A stretch of 64,000 nucleotides of DNA, from the NCBI GenBank assembly GCA_900617105.1, contig UYFQ01000124.1, positions 1 to 64,000 on the forward strand. Direction: 5' to 3'. Below are positions 36,001-49,548 of the stretch, piece after piece. The DNA is from Hydrurus foetidus (lineage: Eukaryota). A program made the position numbers and the translations under genes. Position 1 is the first letter of the stretch. Each line of letters opens with the position of its first letter. The notes below the pieces were generated by a model. That model was not told the origin of the DNA, ran no database searches, and worked only from the letters and a program-made list of their open reading frames with translations.

Positions 36001-39000
36001 TTGATCCAACTGAATAAAAATAACACAAAATTTAAATATTTCAAAATTTGGAAAGTCGTATGGTTAGAATTTTTACAGTCAGAAATTGTGTTTGAGAAAA
36101 AAGCTTGCACTGCATTTGATGAAGTTATCTGTAAATTACGGATTAAAGGAGCTTTCCGTAAATTAAGGTATTTGATTCATTTTTAGTGACTTGTTCGTTT
36201 TCTATGCATTATATTTTTTCTTTTGCATTTCAGGGTTTTCAGTATTTTTTGCTTTTTTTATCATCTTTTATTTTGCGATAGCACTTAATTTTGTGACTTT
36301 TCCTATACCAAATTATTTCATAATTCGTGATTTTTTTACTTACTGTATTTGAATTGGTATTTATATTGGAAGGAACTGACAGAACACTACATACACTCTC
36401 GAAAGTCCAATGATAATTAATAATTAATTTAATATTTACCAATTTTATTTCTGCAGGCAATTCAAATATTTATCTGAAAGTAGTCAGCAAAAAAATGTAA
36501 TTACCATCAAATCTGAGGAATATCCTATCGTATATAAAGCACTCAATGTAATCTTTTCCCCGCTAAAATACCGCTATTTTCGAGCATTATTGGCCAACTG
36601 TGCGAAATATAGCTTAATATCTAAGAACAGAAAGAAAGCAGATGGTACGTACATTTTTATTAATTTTAAGTTTATTGTACAGTTTATGAGGGTATTGATT
36701 TTGTATAATTATTTACTAATATGTCGATTTTGTCTAGAAGAAAATACCCTTTGCACCATACTCCGATGAGATATCATATGCTACTCTGTACTATTTAATG
36801 CTATACAATATTTTTCGCTACAGTATACATCATTGTGTGCTACTCCTTAACGTACTGTACCGTACTCTACTATACTATACCATTACATAGTACCATACTT
36901 AAGTCTCCACTGGACTGTACCGTAATTTACCATTCTGCTCTAGACTTTGCTATTCTGAGCTACACCATGCCATGCCATACAATACCATACTACACTGTAT
37001 CATACTACACTATACTATATTATACTATACTATACTATACTATACTATACTATACTATACTATACTATACTATACTATACTATACTATACTATACTATAC
37101 TATACTATACTATACTATACTATACTATACTATACTATACTATACTATACTATACTATACTATACTATACTATACTATACTATACTGTACTATACTATAC
37201 TGTACTATACTATACTATACTGTACTATACTACACTGTATCATACTATACTGTACTATACTATACCATACTATACTATACTATACTATATTACACAATAA
37301 TATACTATACTTTATTATACTACACTGTATCATACTATACTACACTATACTATAAAACACTATACTATACTTTAGCTCATTTTTATCGGACATTTTACTC
37401 TGTCCTGGTAGTATCAAATCGTTAACAGTTCTCAACACCACCAATTAATTTGAAAACTGCATCAAAATTTCTTATGCAGATCATGCAATACGTTTTAGTC
37501 TGAATGTCTCATTATTGCAATGGACAAAATGGCACTTCCAATCAAAGACCTTCAAAAGCCATATTGCTTCAAATAGCACTTATTGCGATGATGATTCTGA
37601 TGACAATAAAGTAAACGAAAGTGCAATCAGCCAAATATTACGGAAATACGATATTTCCTATGATAAAGATGTGATGAAGACCGTCATCAGAAAGGATATG
37701 AGAAAAGAATTAGTACCAGTATATGATGATTTGAATATTGATGATAACAACACTAATTCTGATGGAATATACAAAAACAAAAAGATGATAAAGAAAAGGG
37801 ACAATATCAATGACAATTCTATCCGATCCCATAGAAGTCGAAGCGAACTCTTTCATCAAAGACTTTCACTTTCGAATGGGCCTTCTCTACTGAGACTCTT
37901 CGTACGGTAAGAGTTCGTTACATCGCTTTCAAGAAGATTCATCGTATGAGATAGATAATACTCTTTAAAATATAATCATGCTGCGTGAATTTTATTTTCA
38001 ATGGGAGGTATAGTTCGAAATACGTTCAGCGTAGCAATCATAACTCACCACGGAAAATCAAAAAATCGAATCAATTTACATGGAAGAGATTAGTGATAAT
38101 TAATTCAATTTCGGAAAGATCGAAATATGGTTGTTTTGATTATCGAATGGAATCTATAAATTGTTTTCGTGACAGTGTAGTGAAATGAATTTACATTTTA
38201 TTTCCCTGTCTTTCAATAAAAAATTATTCCGTATTTTGTTATTACTCGCATCGAACATTTTATTTTGTTTTTTGTATTCAGATCTGTATAATTTGTAATC
38301 TATTCCCTCTTACTGCTCTAGAAGGTGGATCGATAAACATGAGAAAAAGATGAAAATGAAAAAGACAGGGACACTTCTTCTTTTCAAATACGAAGAAAAA
38401 AGTCTTCGCGAATGCTGGTTTGAATGGAGGGTACGTATGTAATCTCTCATTTTTTGGTAAAAAAATCTGTAATAATAATACTCATTCTATACCACTGTTG
38501 TAAAGTGGGAGTGTTTTTTTGCTTTTTCGATTTTAAATGATGACTCTGTATAGGAGAAACACTCTGCAGTCAATTGTCGAATATACAGAGCCAACGATAA
38601 CAATGTAACGTTTACTATTCTGCGTTGAGATTCTCCTCTTTGATGACAACTGACATTTACATTTTCAGACTTCTTTCAAAGCGTCACGACACGAACATTA
38701 TTCGAGAAGGAAAACCGTTCTACTGAATTTACTGCAAAACAGTAAATTCAAATTAAAAGGTATTCTAAAATGATCATACAAGGCGAACTTTTCTTTTGTT
38801 TGTTTTCGTAAAATTTTACAATTTTCTCTTTCACTTTTGAATTTCTCTAATAAAAATTATTTTTGTATCAAAAGGAAAATTAATCGAAACCAGTGCGCGG
38901 AAACATAATTTATCGAATAAATTTCGAAAATTCCAAAATTATTTTGAAGTTTTGAAATTATTTCGAGCACAATCTCCGCGCAGAGAACCACACGTACGGC

Positions 39001-42000
39001 TAGGGAGTTCGCCACGCTCAGCTTTTACGGGTCGAAACGATGATGATCGAATTCAAATATTTGAGGGTAACAAAAGCAATGAAACCTCGTTCAGTAAAAA
39101 TTGTAAAAAGTCATATACGGAAATTACTGATGAAAGCATGGAATTATTAAAAAGTGCAAAAAAAGAAAGCACTAGAAGTGTTGTAGGAAATCCAGAATCA
39201 TCGCTATCGTATATACATTCAAATATGTCGAAACAAAAAAAGTTTTTCGGGATATTAAGAAATATAATCAAAAATAAACGTATACAAATAAAAATAAATT
39301 CAACTAACTTTTCCTTTATTCAAAGACAAAATATTAAAATGTTCTACACAATTATGAAAAGAAAATGTTTTCTTAGAAAATCTTGTACTCATATTCGCAG
39401 GTAAAAAACATCGAAAAAAAAGTAATTCAAAACAATAATCCTAACATAAGCACTTTTTTGAAGGATGAGAGTGGGGGAGTTTTGCGTTTCTACACTTTGA
39501 ATCGCCTACTTAACATCGTCTCTTTTTGCTGCTAATACTCTAATTAAATCATCTTTGTTTTATTTCTTTTTTAGATTAACTGAATCAGTGTGCGTAATTT
39601 TTCAAAATTGATTTCACGTATATGCTAATTTACAGATTGCGGGCCGTTTCCGTGTTTTTAAATCTCAAAAGCGCATGCGTGAAGCTAAAGAAAGGTGAAG
39701 ATGTTTTATTTTAGTGCACAATGAGTGCAAGATATTTATAATTGTCATATTTATAATCGTAACATTAATTAGTATTATGTTGATGAGGATCAAATTGTTT
39801 CTATGGGTAACATTTAAATGAAATATTCATAACAGATCTTCACTCTTTACGATTGCCTATCAGCTATTGATTTTTCTATTTTTAGTTGTATCTATGGGGG
39901 ACACTATTTTGTGTTCTGTATTTTGTATTTTGAAAATTATCCCTCACCCATCTTATCTAACTGTTCATTGCATCTATTTTTCACAGATAAAATCACTGCG
40001 AAAAAGTTCATGCGGACCTGGAACGATAGATTCCGGAATTCTAAGGCAGTAAAATTGTTCCAAATTATTTACAGAATAAAATGTGAAGAAGTCTTCAAAG
40101 TAAGTGATGTTCCTATTTTAATTATTTTAATTTTGTTTAATTTCATTACAATCCGTAATTAAGATGACTCTATTTTCCTTTACCTCTTCGTTCTGACCAA
40201 TCATTACTTTTACTAAATACAAACATTTTACATAATTTTTAAATCTTACTTTAAGAATTTAGAATTAGCATTTTGTCGCTTAGCAGTATCGGACTTGTAA
40301 CGTAGTTGCAAAGAATATACAATATCCTCATCAGCATTTCTTTCACTCATCTTGCGTTCCTTTTTTGTGTGCATTTATTAATTTATTTACTTTAGACCTA
40401 TTCTGCAAGTACTTATCATTCTGACTTTGAACTGTAGCCCTTACCTCTCTTCAGTACGTCACTGTCTTCCTCCTTATTCTATTTTGTTCTATGCTTTTTC
40501 CACTCAGATTTTGACTGATCAAACGAGAATTTGTTTTGATACTGAAAGAAAAATCGAAGAAAAATCATTCTTATCTTTGAAAAAAAGATATTTTTCAATT
40601 ATGAAAAAGAATTCTATAGCCGCACAACATTACGTGCATACGTGCAAAATCCGTGTGATCTCAGAATTGAAAAAATTAGTGGCAGCGAAAGTAAATGAAA
40701 TGAATTCAAAATTGCTTTTATCGTCGTTTACTCGATTATCTCTGAATTTCCGTGAAAGTGTTGCACGGAATAAAGCGCTCAAGGTAAATTCGAATCGATT
40801 CGAATTCAAAAACGATACTTTGATATAATGCATTATGCAATTCACTTCATTGTACTGCACTACACTGCACTACACTACACTAAACTATACTGCATCACAC
40901 AACAACACACTATACTATACTATACTATACTATACTATACTATACTATACTATACTATACTATACTATACTATACTATACTATACTATACTATACTCCAC
41001 TACACCACACTGCACCTCATTACCCTCCTGTACCGTACTTCCTCGCACCAATCGGCTTACCCACTGAAGCAATGCAGTCTCAATTAAATTGTCCTCATCA
41101 TCATACTTCAGCTTTATCTCGATAATGCATGAGATTGTCCCCGCGTATGAGTAGGGAGCAACTTTGATCTCACGAAATAGTACGGTTTAAGTCAAAGAAT
41201 TCACGATAACGAGCATGTCTCCTAAATGCTTCTTTCTTGATACGCGGGGGATGCTTTGCATGCACACTTGATGTTTAACTCTGATTCAATCTTATTAAAT
41301 GTGCACTACTTTCATTACTTCTTTTTAATTTTCATTTCTCCTTCCTTATTTCCACTTTCTCTACCTCTTTTCTTTTTCCTTTTCTTTTTCTCTTGATATT
41401 TTTACTCTCCCCAACAGGCTATTCAAAATTGTTCTCTTCTTCGATGGGGATTTTCCTCGTTTGCAAAAACATACAAGGAAAAAGTGGAGCACAAAATGTT
41501 CGTCTATCATGATAATTGTATGCAACGTTTGATTTGATTCACCAGTATGTTTTTTACTATCACAACTTTTGATGCACCTCACCATTCGCATGATTTCGAA
41601 TAACAGTATTATGTACATTTCAATATTTGCAGAGAACTAGTGGAGAATCACGACACTTCTCAGCTGACAGGAGAGACCACTCAAATCACCCGTTCCTCGC
41701 GATTAAGCACATTTCCAACTCACAGCAAGCAAGTCACTAATAACGCACCAATTCTCGAGACAATAATACCAAAAGTATCACCAAAGACAGTTCGTATATC
41801 AATTGATGAACACAGCGCAGCAGTACCACTTCAAACATTCGATCCAATTAGTGAAAATTTTGAAGAAAATGAAGGTAGTAAAAAAGGTAGTGAAAACTGC
41901 AGTGACCATTTTGAAGATTTCGGAATCAGTGGACAATCAATCGGCACTTCAAAAAATGTCCGAAATAAGGTCCAAAACGAGGTCCAAAATAGGACTAACA

Positions 42001-43502
42001 CACCCGGATTACATCAAGATATTCCGCTAATAAAGAATGGGGTAGATATCGGGGTTTTGACCCCTGGAATGTCATCCACTCAAGATCCCGTATACGCACA
42101 GACAGTGTCTGCTACTAGCACGTACGGTAAGGTTCAGTCCGTACACCCCTCCCCAATAGAAAGTCCGGATAACGTACGTTCGTACCCGTATGTCCCTTAT
42201 ACCCAAGGTTTTTTGTCCCCTGTTTTGAGCCCAGAGGGTACGGTACCCTGGACCGAAGATTCCTCAGATTTATTTTCAGAGAGTGAAGTAGATGGAAGTG
42301 TGAGTGTGAGTGGTGTAGATATGGAGGGAGAATGGGGTGAGAGTGGAGACAGGATAGGAGGAGAAGGAGGAGGAGGGGTTAGGGGAGAGAGAGAGGGTAT
42401 AGATGAGAGCAAGGGTCGAGATAAAAAAATACATGCGAAGGGGAAAGTGAAAGAGGCAGAGAAAAGGAAGGAAAATGTAGGAAAGAGACAAGAGGAAGGA
42501 ATGGGAAGATGAAGAATCAAGCAGAAAAATAATGGAGGAGAAAAAAAGAAAAGAAGGAAAGAGAAAAAATGTGAGGAGAGAAAAAGAAAAAATGATGAGA
42601 AGAAACGAAAGAGAAAAAGAAAGAGAAAAAGATAGAATAGAATGGGAGAAAGAGCAATTATCGTATGATTTGATTGACGCAGACAGAAGACATAAAAGAG
42701 AAATGAGGAACAAAGAAAGGGAATTAGAAAATCTTCAAGACGCTCTAGAAATTGCCGAAGAAATAATATTAAAACAAAAAAGAAACTTGTTAAAAAAGGA
42801 AGTGAACCGTAGCAAAAATACTAATCTCAAAATGGTTAAATCAAGAGACACTTTACTTCAAGAATACGCTGCGGATGAGTTTGATAAAAGTGAGGCAAAT
42901 ATTCGAAAATCAGTAAAAAATATGAGGAAAAATATTGGTAAAAAAGGAGGGTTTTTTTATGAAGGAGGATGCGTTGAAAATGCTGCGAGAATAAAGGATG
43001 CTACTGTTGTAAGCGAAAAGGAAGTTGTGAAAGAGGTAGAGAAAGAGGTAGAGATTGTGGAATGTCCCCCTGACTCTATCGAAATTACGCGTTGGAGTAA
43101 ATCTGAAATAGCATCAAATAAAAATTGTCACTCCTACAGCAGTGCGGTACATGCTGTACGTTCCAATTTTAAATTTCCAACACAGGATATTTGTGATTTC
43201 GATTCTTCTGTTTCCGGATTGTTTGATACGTCACTGGAAAATATTTCTTTTAGGAACATTCCTGAAGAACATTCTTTATCTCCTAAAATCAGTAAAAGTT
43301 CTCGAGTAAGGAAGGAGATGTCTCTGCAGAATATACCTAAGATGATAGTTCCTATGGAGAACATTCCCGAGGAACGTTCTGTGCTTTCTTCAGGGGAAAA
43401 GCTTCTTGCGCGTGCAAATGCTTTCGTTAGGAAAAATTCTTACGCACGAGAATTTCAATCAGAACAGAAGGAGCAAAGAAAGGAAAAAGAAGTAGAGAAG
43501 AA

Positions 43503-43543
<41 letters not shown>

Positions 43544-46500
43544 CAGTGCTAATGGCAACCTTAGCCTGGATGTGAATGAAAATAAGTATGAAAGTGATAG
43601 TAGTAACAATAGTAACAACATCAATGATAATAATGACAACAATTATAATTATGTGAGTCAAGAAAAGGTTGTCGGTCTGCTTTCAGAGGTAAAATCAACC
43701 ACATTAAATGGAAAACTTGAGGACGAAATAAATGCACATAACTCGACATCCGTAAGAGGTAGAGAAAGAATTGTAGGCGGTGAAGCAAATGCAAGTAAGT
43801 ACACAGAAGGTCTGGAATCTAGTAGTTACTCTCGGTCCAAGGTCCGCCTCCCGACCCCATTTGAATCCCGCCTTCCCCCCAAACCCACCATGTCTTCTCC
43901 CTCTCTTTCTTCACGACTTTCAAAACGATTCGCTTCAACTTCAACTTCAACTTCATTCTGGTATTTTGGATCCTAGTTCCTCAAAACCATTTATGACCCC
44001 ACAGGAAATAATTTCCTCGGGTATTTCGAAATCGTCCCCAATATCTCCGTCATACAATACTGAACTTGAAGTTGAAAAAACAAGAAAACATATTGCATTT
44101 GATTTACTGAAAAAACAGACGAGGCAAGTGGAAAAAATTACCGTAGAGAAATATGAAAATAAAAAGATCAAAAATGTCATCAGCGATTATTTAAATGAGA
44201 GAAATGGTAGAGAAGTAATCAACTCACCAAATAAAATAAAAGCAAATACAGTACACTTAAAAAATATTGAAATAATTACGAGTAATAAAAATCTCCCTCT
44301 CGCTGACTCCTCGAATCTTCTCTCGCCTTTATTGGATTCTCAGAATTCTCTTTGGGCGATGATTGTCAGTTACAGGGGTCCACGGTCGGCGAGGTGATTA
44401 CCGATTATAGTGCCGCATTAAGTGATGAGATAGGACATCGCTTGAAGTGGTGTGATGTCATGTGATGTGATGTAATGTAATGTGATGTGATATGATGTGA
44501 TGTGATGTGATGTGATGTGATGTGATGTGATGTGATGTGATGTGATGTGATGTGATATGATATGATGTCATGTGATGATGATGTGATATTATATTATATG
44601 ATGTGATGTGATGTGATGTGATGTGATGTATGATGTGATATGTGATGTGATATGTGATGTGATGATGTGATGTGATGTGATGTGATGTGATGATTTGATG
44701 TGATGTAATATGATGTGATGTGGTGTGATATGATGTGATGTGATGTGATGTGATGTGATGTGATGTGATGTGATGTGATGTGATGTGATGTGATGTGATG
44801 TGATGTGATGTGATGTGATGTGATGTGATGTGATGTGATGTGATGTGATGTGATGTGATATGATGTGATGTGATGTGATGTGATATTATATGATGTGATG
44901 TAATGTGATTTGATGTGATATGATATGATGTGATATGATGCGATGTTATGTGATGTAATATGATGTGATATGGTGTGATATGATGTGATGTAATGTGATG
45001 TAATATGATGTGATGTGATGTAATGTCATGTGATGTGATGTGATGTAATGTGATGTGATGTAATGTGATATTATATGATGTGATGTGGTGTGATATGATG
45101 TAATGTGATGTGATGTGATGTGATGTGATGTGATGTGTAATATAATGTCATGTGATGTCACTACGTAACGTAACAGTATGAATATTATGGGATACTCTCA
45201 CGAATTCTCGAGGCCCTGTTTTGCTCTGTCTTGTGTTGTACTGTACTGTACTACACTATACTGTATTGTATTGTATTGTACTATACTGTATTATATTGTA
45301 TTGTATTGTATTGTATTGTATTGTATTGTATTGTATTGTATTGTATTGTATTGTATTGTATTGTATTGTAATGTATTGTATTGTATGTGTCTGTCTTGTA
45401 TTTTGTGTCTCTCCGACTGATATATTTCCGCATTCGTATGCTACGCCTAACAGTACTTACTTCTTAATCTCCTTCACACTGTCAGAAACACATCACATTC
45501 CACCACTTATTTCTCATTTTCTCTGCAACCTATTTGTACATTGTGATATCTTATCTGCAAACCTAATGATACAATATTTGATGTTTACTGTTGATCATTT
45601 TTACTACCCATCTACGTTTATTCGACAGTGTAAGAAAAGAAATCGAAATAAAAGCAGGAGAATTCAGCAATCTAAAATTGAAATGTTTCACTTTATTGAA
45701 ATGGTATCGAAAGTCGAAGACGTCCATTCGTAAAGTCCCAGCATCCAATTTTGGAATTTGTCGATTTTTGTGTTCCAGAGCATTAGGTACGACAGTCTTT
45801 GAATAGTTTTCATTGCATTTGTTTTCATTTAAATTTTGAGTTTTATGTTTTAATTTTTTTTGTATTTATCACGGGAGCAGAATAAAATGGTTCCTGTTTA
45901 GTATGGGGCCTCATACTAAACAGGAACCATTTTATTCTGCTCCCGTAATGTCTCCAGTGATATCGTTGATTAATTCCCTGTACATGTTTTCGCTCTTTGT
46001 ATTGGGTGACCCCGGAAATGAAAAAATCTAGGATTCTATCGAAAATCTAGACGACCTCCCCTCCCCTCCCTTAGTCTGAATTACAGCTGAAAGTCTATCT
46101 TTTCGAATAGAATCCTAGATTTTTTCTTTTCCGGGGTCACCCATTACCAGATTTGATTTTCTTTGATACGCAGATTTTGATGATTTGATGATCCTATGTG
46201 CATACGCAATCTGTCCTTCATGATATATCTATTCATTGTATTGGAGATAAGATATTGACTCTTGCAGAGATTCGGTGTGTGACCGTTGTTATTGAAATAC
46301 TCCCAGCAGTATAAATCGATATATATTTGTATAATTGTTAATTAATCATCTTATAAAGGCTTGAAGTAAATCAATAGAGTGAAACATTACCAACGTAATT
46401 ATGATATCCAGTCACTGACATTCACGACATAGTGCAATCTAACTTGATGATCACGAGCAATCTAATCACGGGCAAGAGCACTATCTCATTTTCGTCATTC

Positions 46501-47232
46501 GTAGCAGCTGCATATCATGATCAGAAGTGCTCTTGGATCGATTCATATCTCACTTAAATCCCTTCATTCGCAATTTCATTCTTGTTATAGAAAGTATATT
46601 GACACAATCTCACATAAATACATAATTTCACACAGTTCTGTACATCGTCACCAACACACATGTGACTCCTACTAAATATTATCCGTCAGAAAATTATGAC
46701 ATATTATTTTTTGCCGAATTATATAGGTCGCTTAAAAGAGTACAAGAATAGAACGAGAAATAACAATTTATCTACGCACCTTTTATTCTCTATTTTTCCA
46801 CGCTTTGCGAGTAAATTGGAGACACTATTTTACAAAAGAAAAATACTGAATTTTGGACATAATTATTTTTTAATGGCACAAAGGAAAAAAACAGTTAATA
46901 AATGGAGATTTGAAATTGCAAGAAAAATTCTCAATAGACTTAAAAAACAAAAAACCTTGGGTCTTTTTACAAATAAATTGCAATCCACTGTTTTGTATGA
47001 AATGAAAAAATCTACGGTAGAACCCTCAAATAATAACGTAAAGATAAAAATAAAAATGAGGGATCAAAAAAGATGTGTAACACTGTTGATGGAGGAATTC
47101 AAAACTCATTTACTGATTAGCAACGAAGCGAAATCATCCACAAGACAAAACAGTGAAAAATATAAAAGTATTGAATTCAAAAATATCAGCAAGAATAATT
47201 ATAATAATGACTTAAAAATTATTTTCAAATAA
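30027..47232 (+). CDS. Very large multi-exon low-complexity/coiled-coil protein with Sfi1-like Trp repeats; frame-disrupted (possible pseudogene, assembly errors, or more than one gene)
   Basis: Chain of plus-strand ORFs linked by plausible GT-AG junctions. Recurrent basic helices ending in W (KEIFYAW, KYFKIWK, LLQWTKW, RECWFEWR, KFMRTWN, TLLKWYR, TVNKWRF). Five apparent frame breaks. No confident family assignment. Confidence 0.5.
31695..32250. repeat. Pyrimidine-rich minisatellite, ~21-26-bp unit (CTGTTTATCTCCTCTGCTCTTCTCTT), about 20 copies, intronic
   Basis: Read directly from the sequence; lies just after a GTAACG donor at ~31668. Confidence 0.9.
36975..37370. repeat. (TATAC)n pentanucleotide microsatellite, intronic (second array at ~40855-40995)
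   Basis: Read directly from the sequence. Confidence 0.95.
44445..45385. repeat. (GATGT)n array (~44445-45160) followed by a (TATTG)n array (~45235-45385), intronic
   Basis: Read directly from the sequence. Confidence 0.95.
45871..45946. repeat. 76-bp palindromic element, copy 1
   Basis: 35-bp perfect arms ACGGGAGCAGAATAAAATGGTTCCTGTTTAGTATG around GGGCCT; second copy at 48947-49022. Confidence 0.9.
46004..46142. mobile_element. MITE (139 bp), possibly PIF/Harbinger (Tourist-like)
   Basis: ~45-bp imperfect terminal inverted repeats starting GGGTGACCCCGGAAA, flanked by a 3-bp direct repeat ATT (46001-46003 and 46143-46145). Confidence 0.75.
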
Positions 47233-48946
47233 AAAGAGAAAAAAGGGAGAAAGTATAAATCTTGGGAAAGATCAATTTTTATGGTCCGAGGCGGTCGGTA
47301 TTCTGGAATTAAGGTCCGAGGTCCGGTCCAGATGCCTGATAACTATTTTGTAACCTAACACAGCGACTTCAAATAAGCGCCGTGTACAGTAAAGAGTTAC
47401 AGTGAAGTAGAGTAGAGCCTGATAGTATATATCTTATTTTAGTATGATATGGTATACCACGTGATAATGTGCTATGTTAGCTATGGCATAATATGTTATA
47501 GCATACTATAATACAGTACGTGGTGACATGAATGCGAGGTACATCATTCCATAGCGCTAGATTTCATTCTCCATATCTTCTTTACAATTTTGTCCATTAT
47601 ACGACTCATACAACACAATTGAAATATCTTATTGTATCATGGAGCTTCAACATTATATATGCGAAATTTTCCCAACCTTCAACATTCGATTATATTCTCC
47701 CTGTATTTGCTCATTGTGGGCCATTGAGGTAGACAACAACACTCTTCGTTCCACCGTGATATTCTTTGAGTTCAACAGTGTGGCTCCAAATTACTTTCCT
47801 GATTGGCGATTAGCATAGCTTCGCCAACTATCACTCAATCATCTCCTTCTTATCGTTTGCGAAAGTTAGGAAATTGATTAAAATAATTTTAGTGTTAGTC
47901 TACTTCACAATTGTATTCACATCTGCAACTTTTCTATTTACTATTTACTTTTTTTCTATTTACTTTTTACATCTCCGTTTGCAATGCTGTCATCGTTTTT
48001 TTCTTTTTCTTCCATTCATGCGATTACTGCATGTAGTAAACTAAATCGTGTCACAGCACATTGTTGTTCTGAACGCAACGATTTTATTCAATTTTTATCC
48101 TGTACAATGATGATGTGTGGATTTGATTTGGTGCTCGAATTACAAATTTATCGAGCATTCTATCTTGACATCAGTATTCTAGAACCGATTGTGCACGTCT
48201 ACTTCTCAGATGTTTCACTACTGTTCGGCACAGAATGTTCTCGTCTACTTTATACCAGTCACTTATATACTCTCTTTCACTTTCCTTTTCAAATCTTCTC
48301 AATGCTTTTCTTTTCTTTACTTTTATTTCTTTTTCTGTTTCTTCTCCTCACTATCTGCTCAACCATCTATCTAATTGAAATGACATTAATTCAAGTTTGT
48401 TCGACGGGAATTTTTCATTGTATTCAGTAATCGTTATCCGGGTGAATTCGATATCATACAATACTGACGATCATCATTACCCTGGGCGAGGAAGATTATT
48501 ATATCTCTCCATTTTATACGTGATATGCAAAGCGGATGAGGTAAGGTACATTGCACAGTGCAATGAAATTACCTGCTTAGCTAAAAAGACGAAAAGTGAA
48601 ATTTTTCAGAAGGGATTTCGATAAGGCACATTGTGTGTGAGGGATGGTACGTACGGGTCAGGATTCTGATCGAAAATCATCCGAATCCGCTTTATTGCAA
48701 TCAATTTGCGGCATCGATAATGTAATTACCGTCCAATACGCAGGACAGTGTACTAGTCGCCATCTCCAGTACAACAAGAACACGTTTCAGACCTTCCGAT
48801 CAACTTACCGCGCAGTGCGGTAATATACTTGACTATATGTAGGAGATGCTTAGGTCACCTTTTTCCGCATTTTGAAATCGGAGAAACGGAATTTAAGTGC
48901 ACCACAATGAATTGCAATTTCAAGCATCACTAACGGATAAATTATT

Positions 48947-49022
48947 ACGGGAGCAGCATAAAATGGTTCCTGTTTAGTATGGAGGCCCCATACTAAACAG
49001 GAACCGTTTATTCTGCTCCCGT
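48947..49022. repeat. 76-bp palindromic element, copy 2 (inverted relative to copy 1)
   Basis: Near-identical to 45871-45946; loop and flanks (ATT...GATA) match the reverse complement of copy 1. Confidence 0.9.
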
Positions 49023-49548
49023 GATAGATGTGTCTTTCCGTATATCAAAGAAAACATAGATGGAATACAGTTCTTCTTTTTGTCCATCCATCTATCTCAA
49101 TCATTTTCTCAGTCGATCAAGGGGTGTATCTCACAGCTGATGATCCATCCCTCAACATATTAGCGGTATCATCTTCAAGGGGATTACGATTACGGCTATG
49201 TCCGGCTAAGCCGAGCCGGAGTATGGCTAAGTAACATCAGACGAAAGCGGGAAGTCAAAGCTAGGTTCTGTTGTCAATTTTTCTTCTAGATTTCAAAATA
49301 AACTCAACGTATATTGGATGCTGGAACGGACTATTTAATACGATAAATAGTATAGAAACAATGTCAAGCGAAATTGACTGTCTTTACGGAATTTACAACA
49401 TCTTCAATACGGTTTTATGCGATGCTAGAGACCTATTAGTGGTGCGGATAATGTGGTACAATGTAATTAGATGACACTTAATATAGTGTCGTGTAGGAAG
49501 CATCACCACGGGAGCAATTATCAAGTTGCACCACAAATAAAATCATTC

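Noticed and set aside
31493..43976. 16-25-nt GT-AG mini-introns that could repair some frame breaks in the giant gene
   Set aside because: GT and AG are frequent by chance here, not every break has a consistent candidate, and the introns I could verify in the window are about 70 nt or longer.
47233..49548. Short hydrophobic ORFs (for example 47984-48430)
   Set aside because: T-rich intergenic sequence with no motif or splice support.
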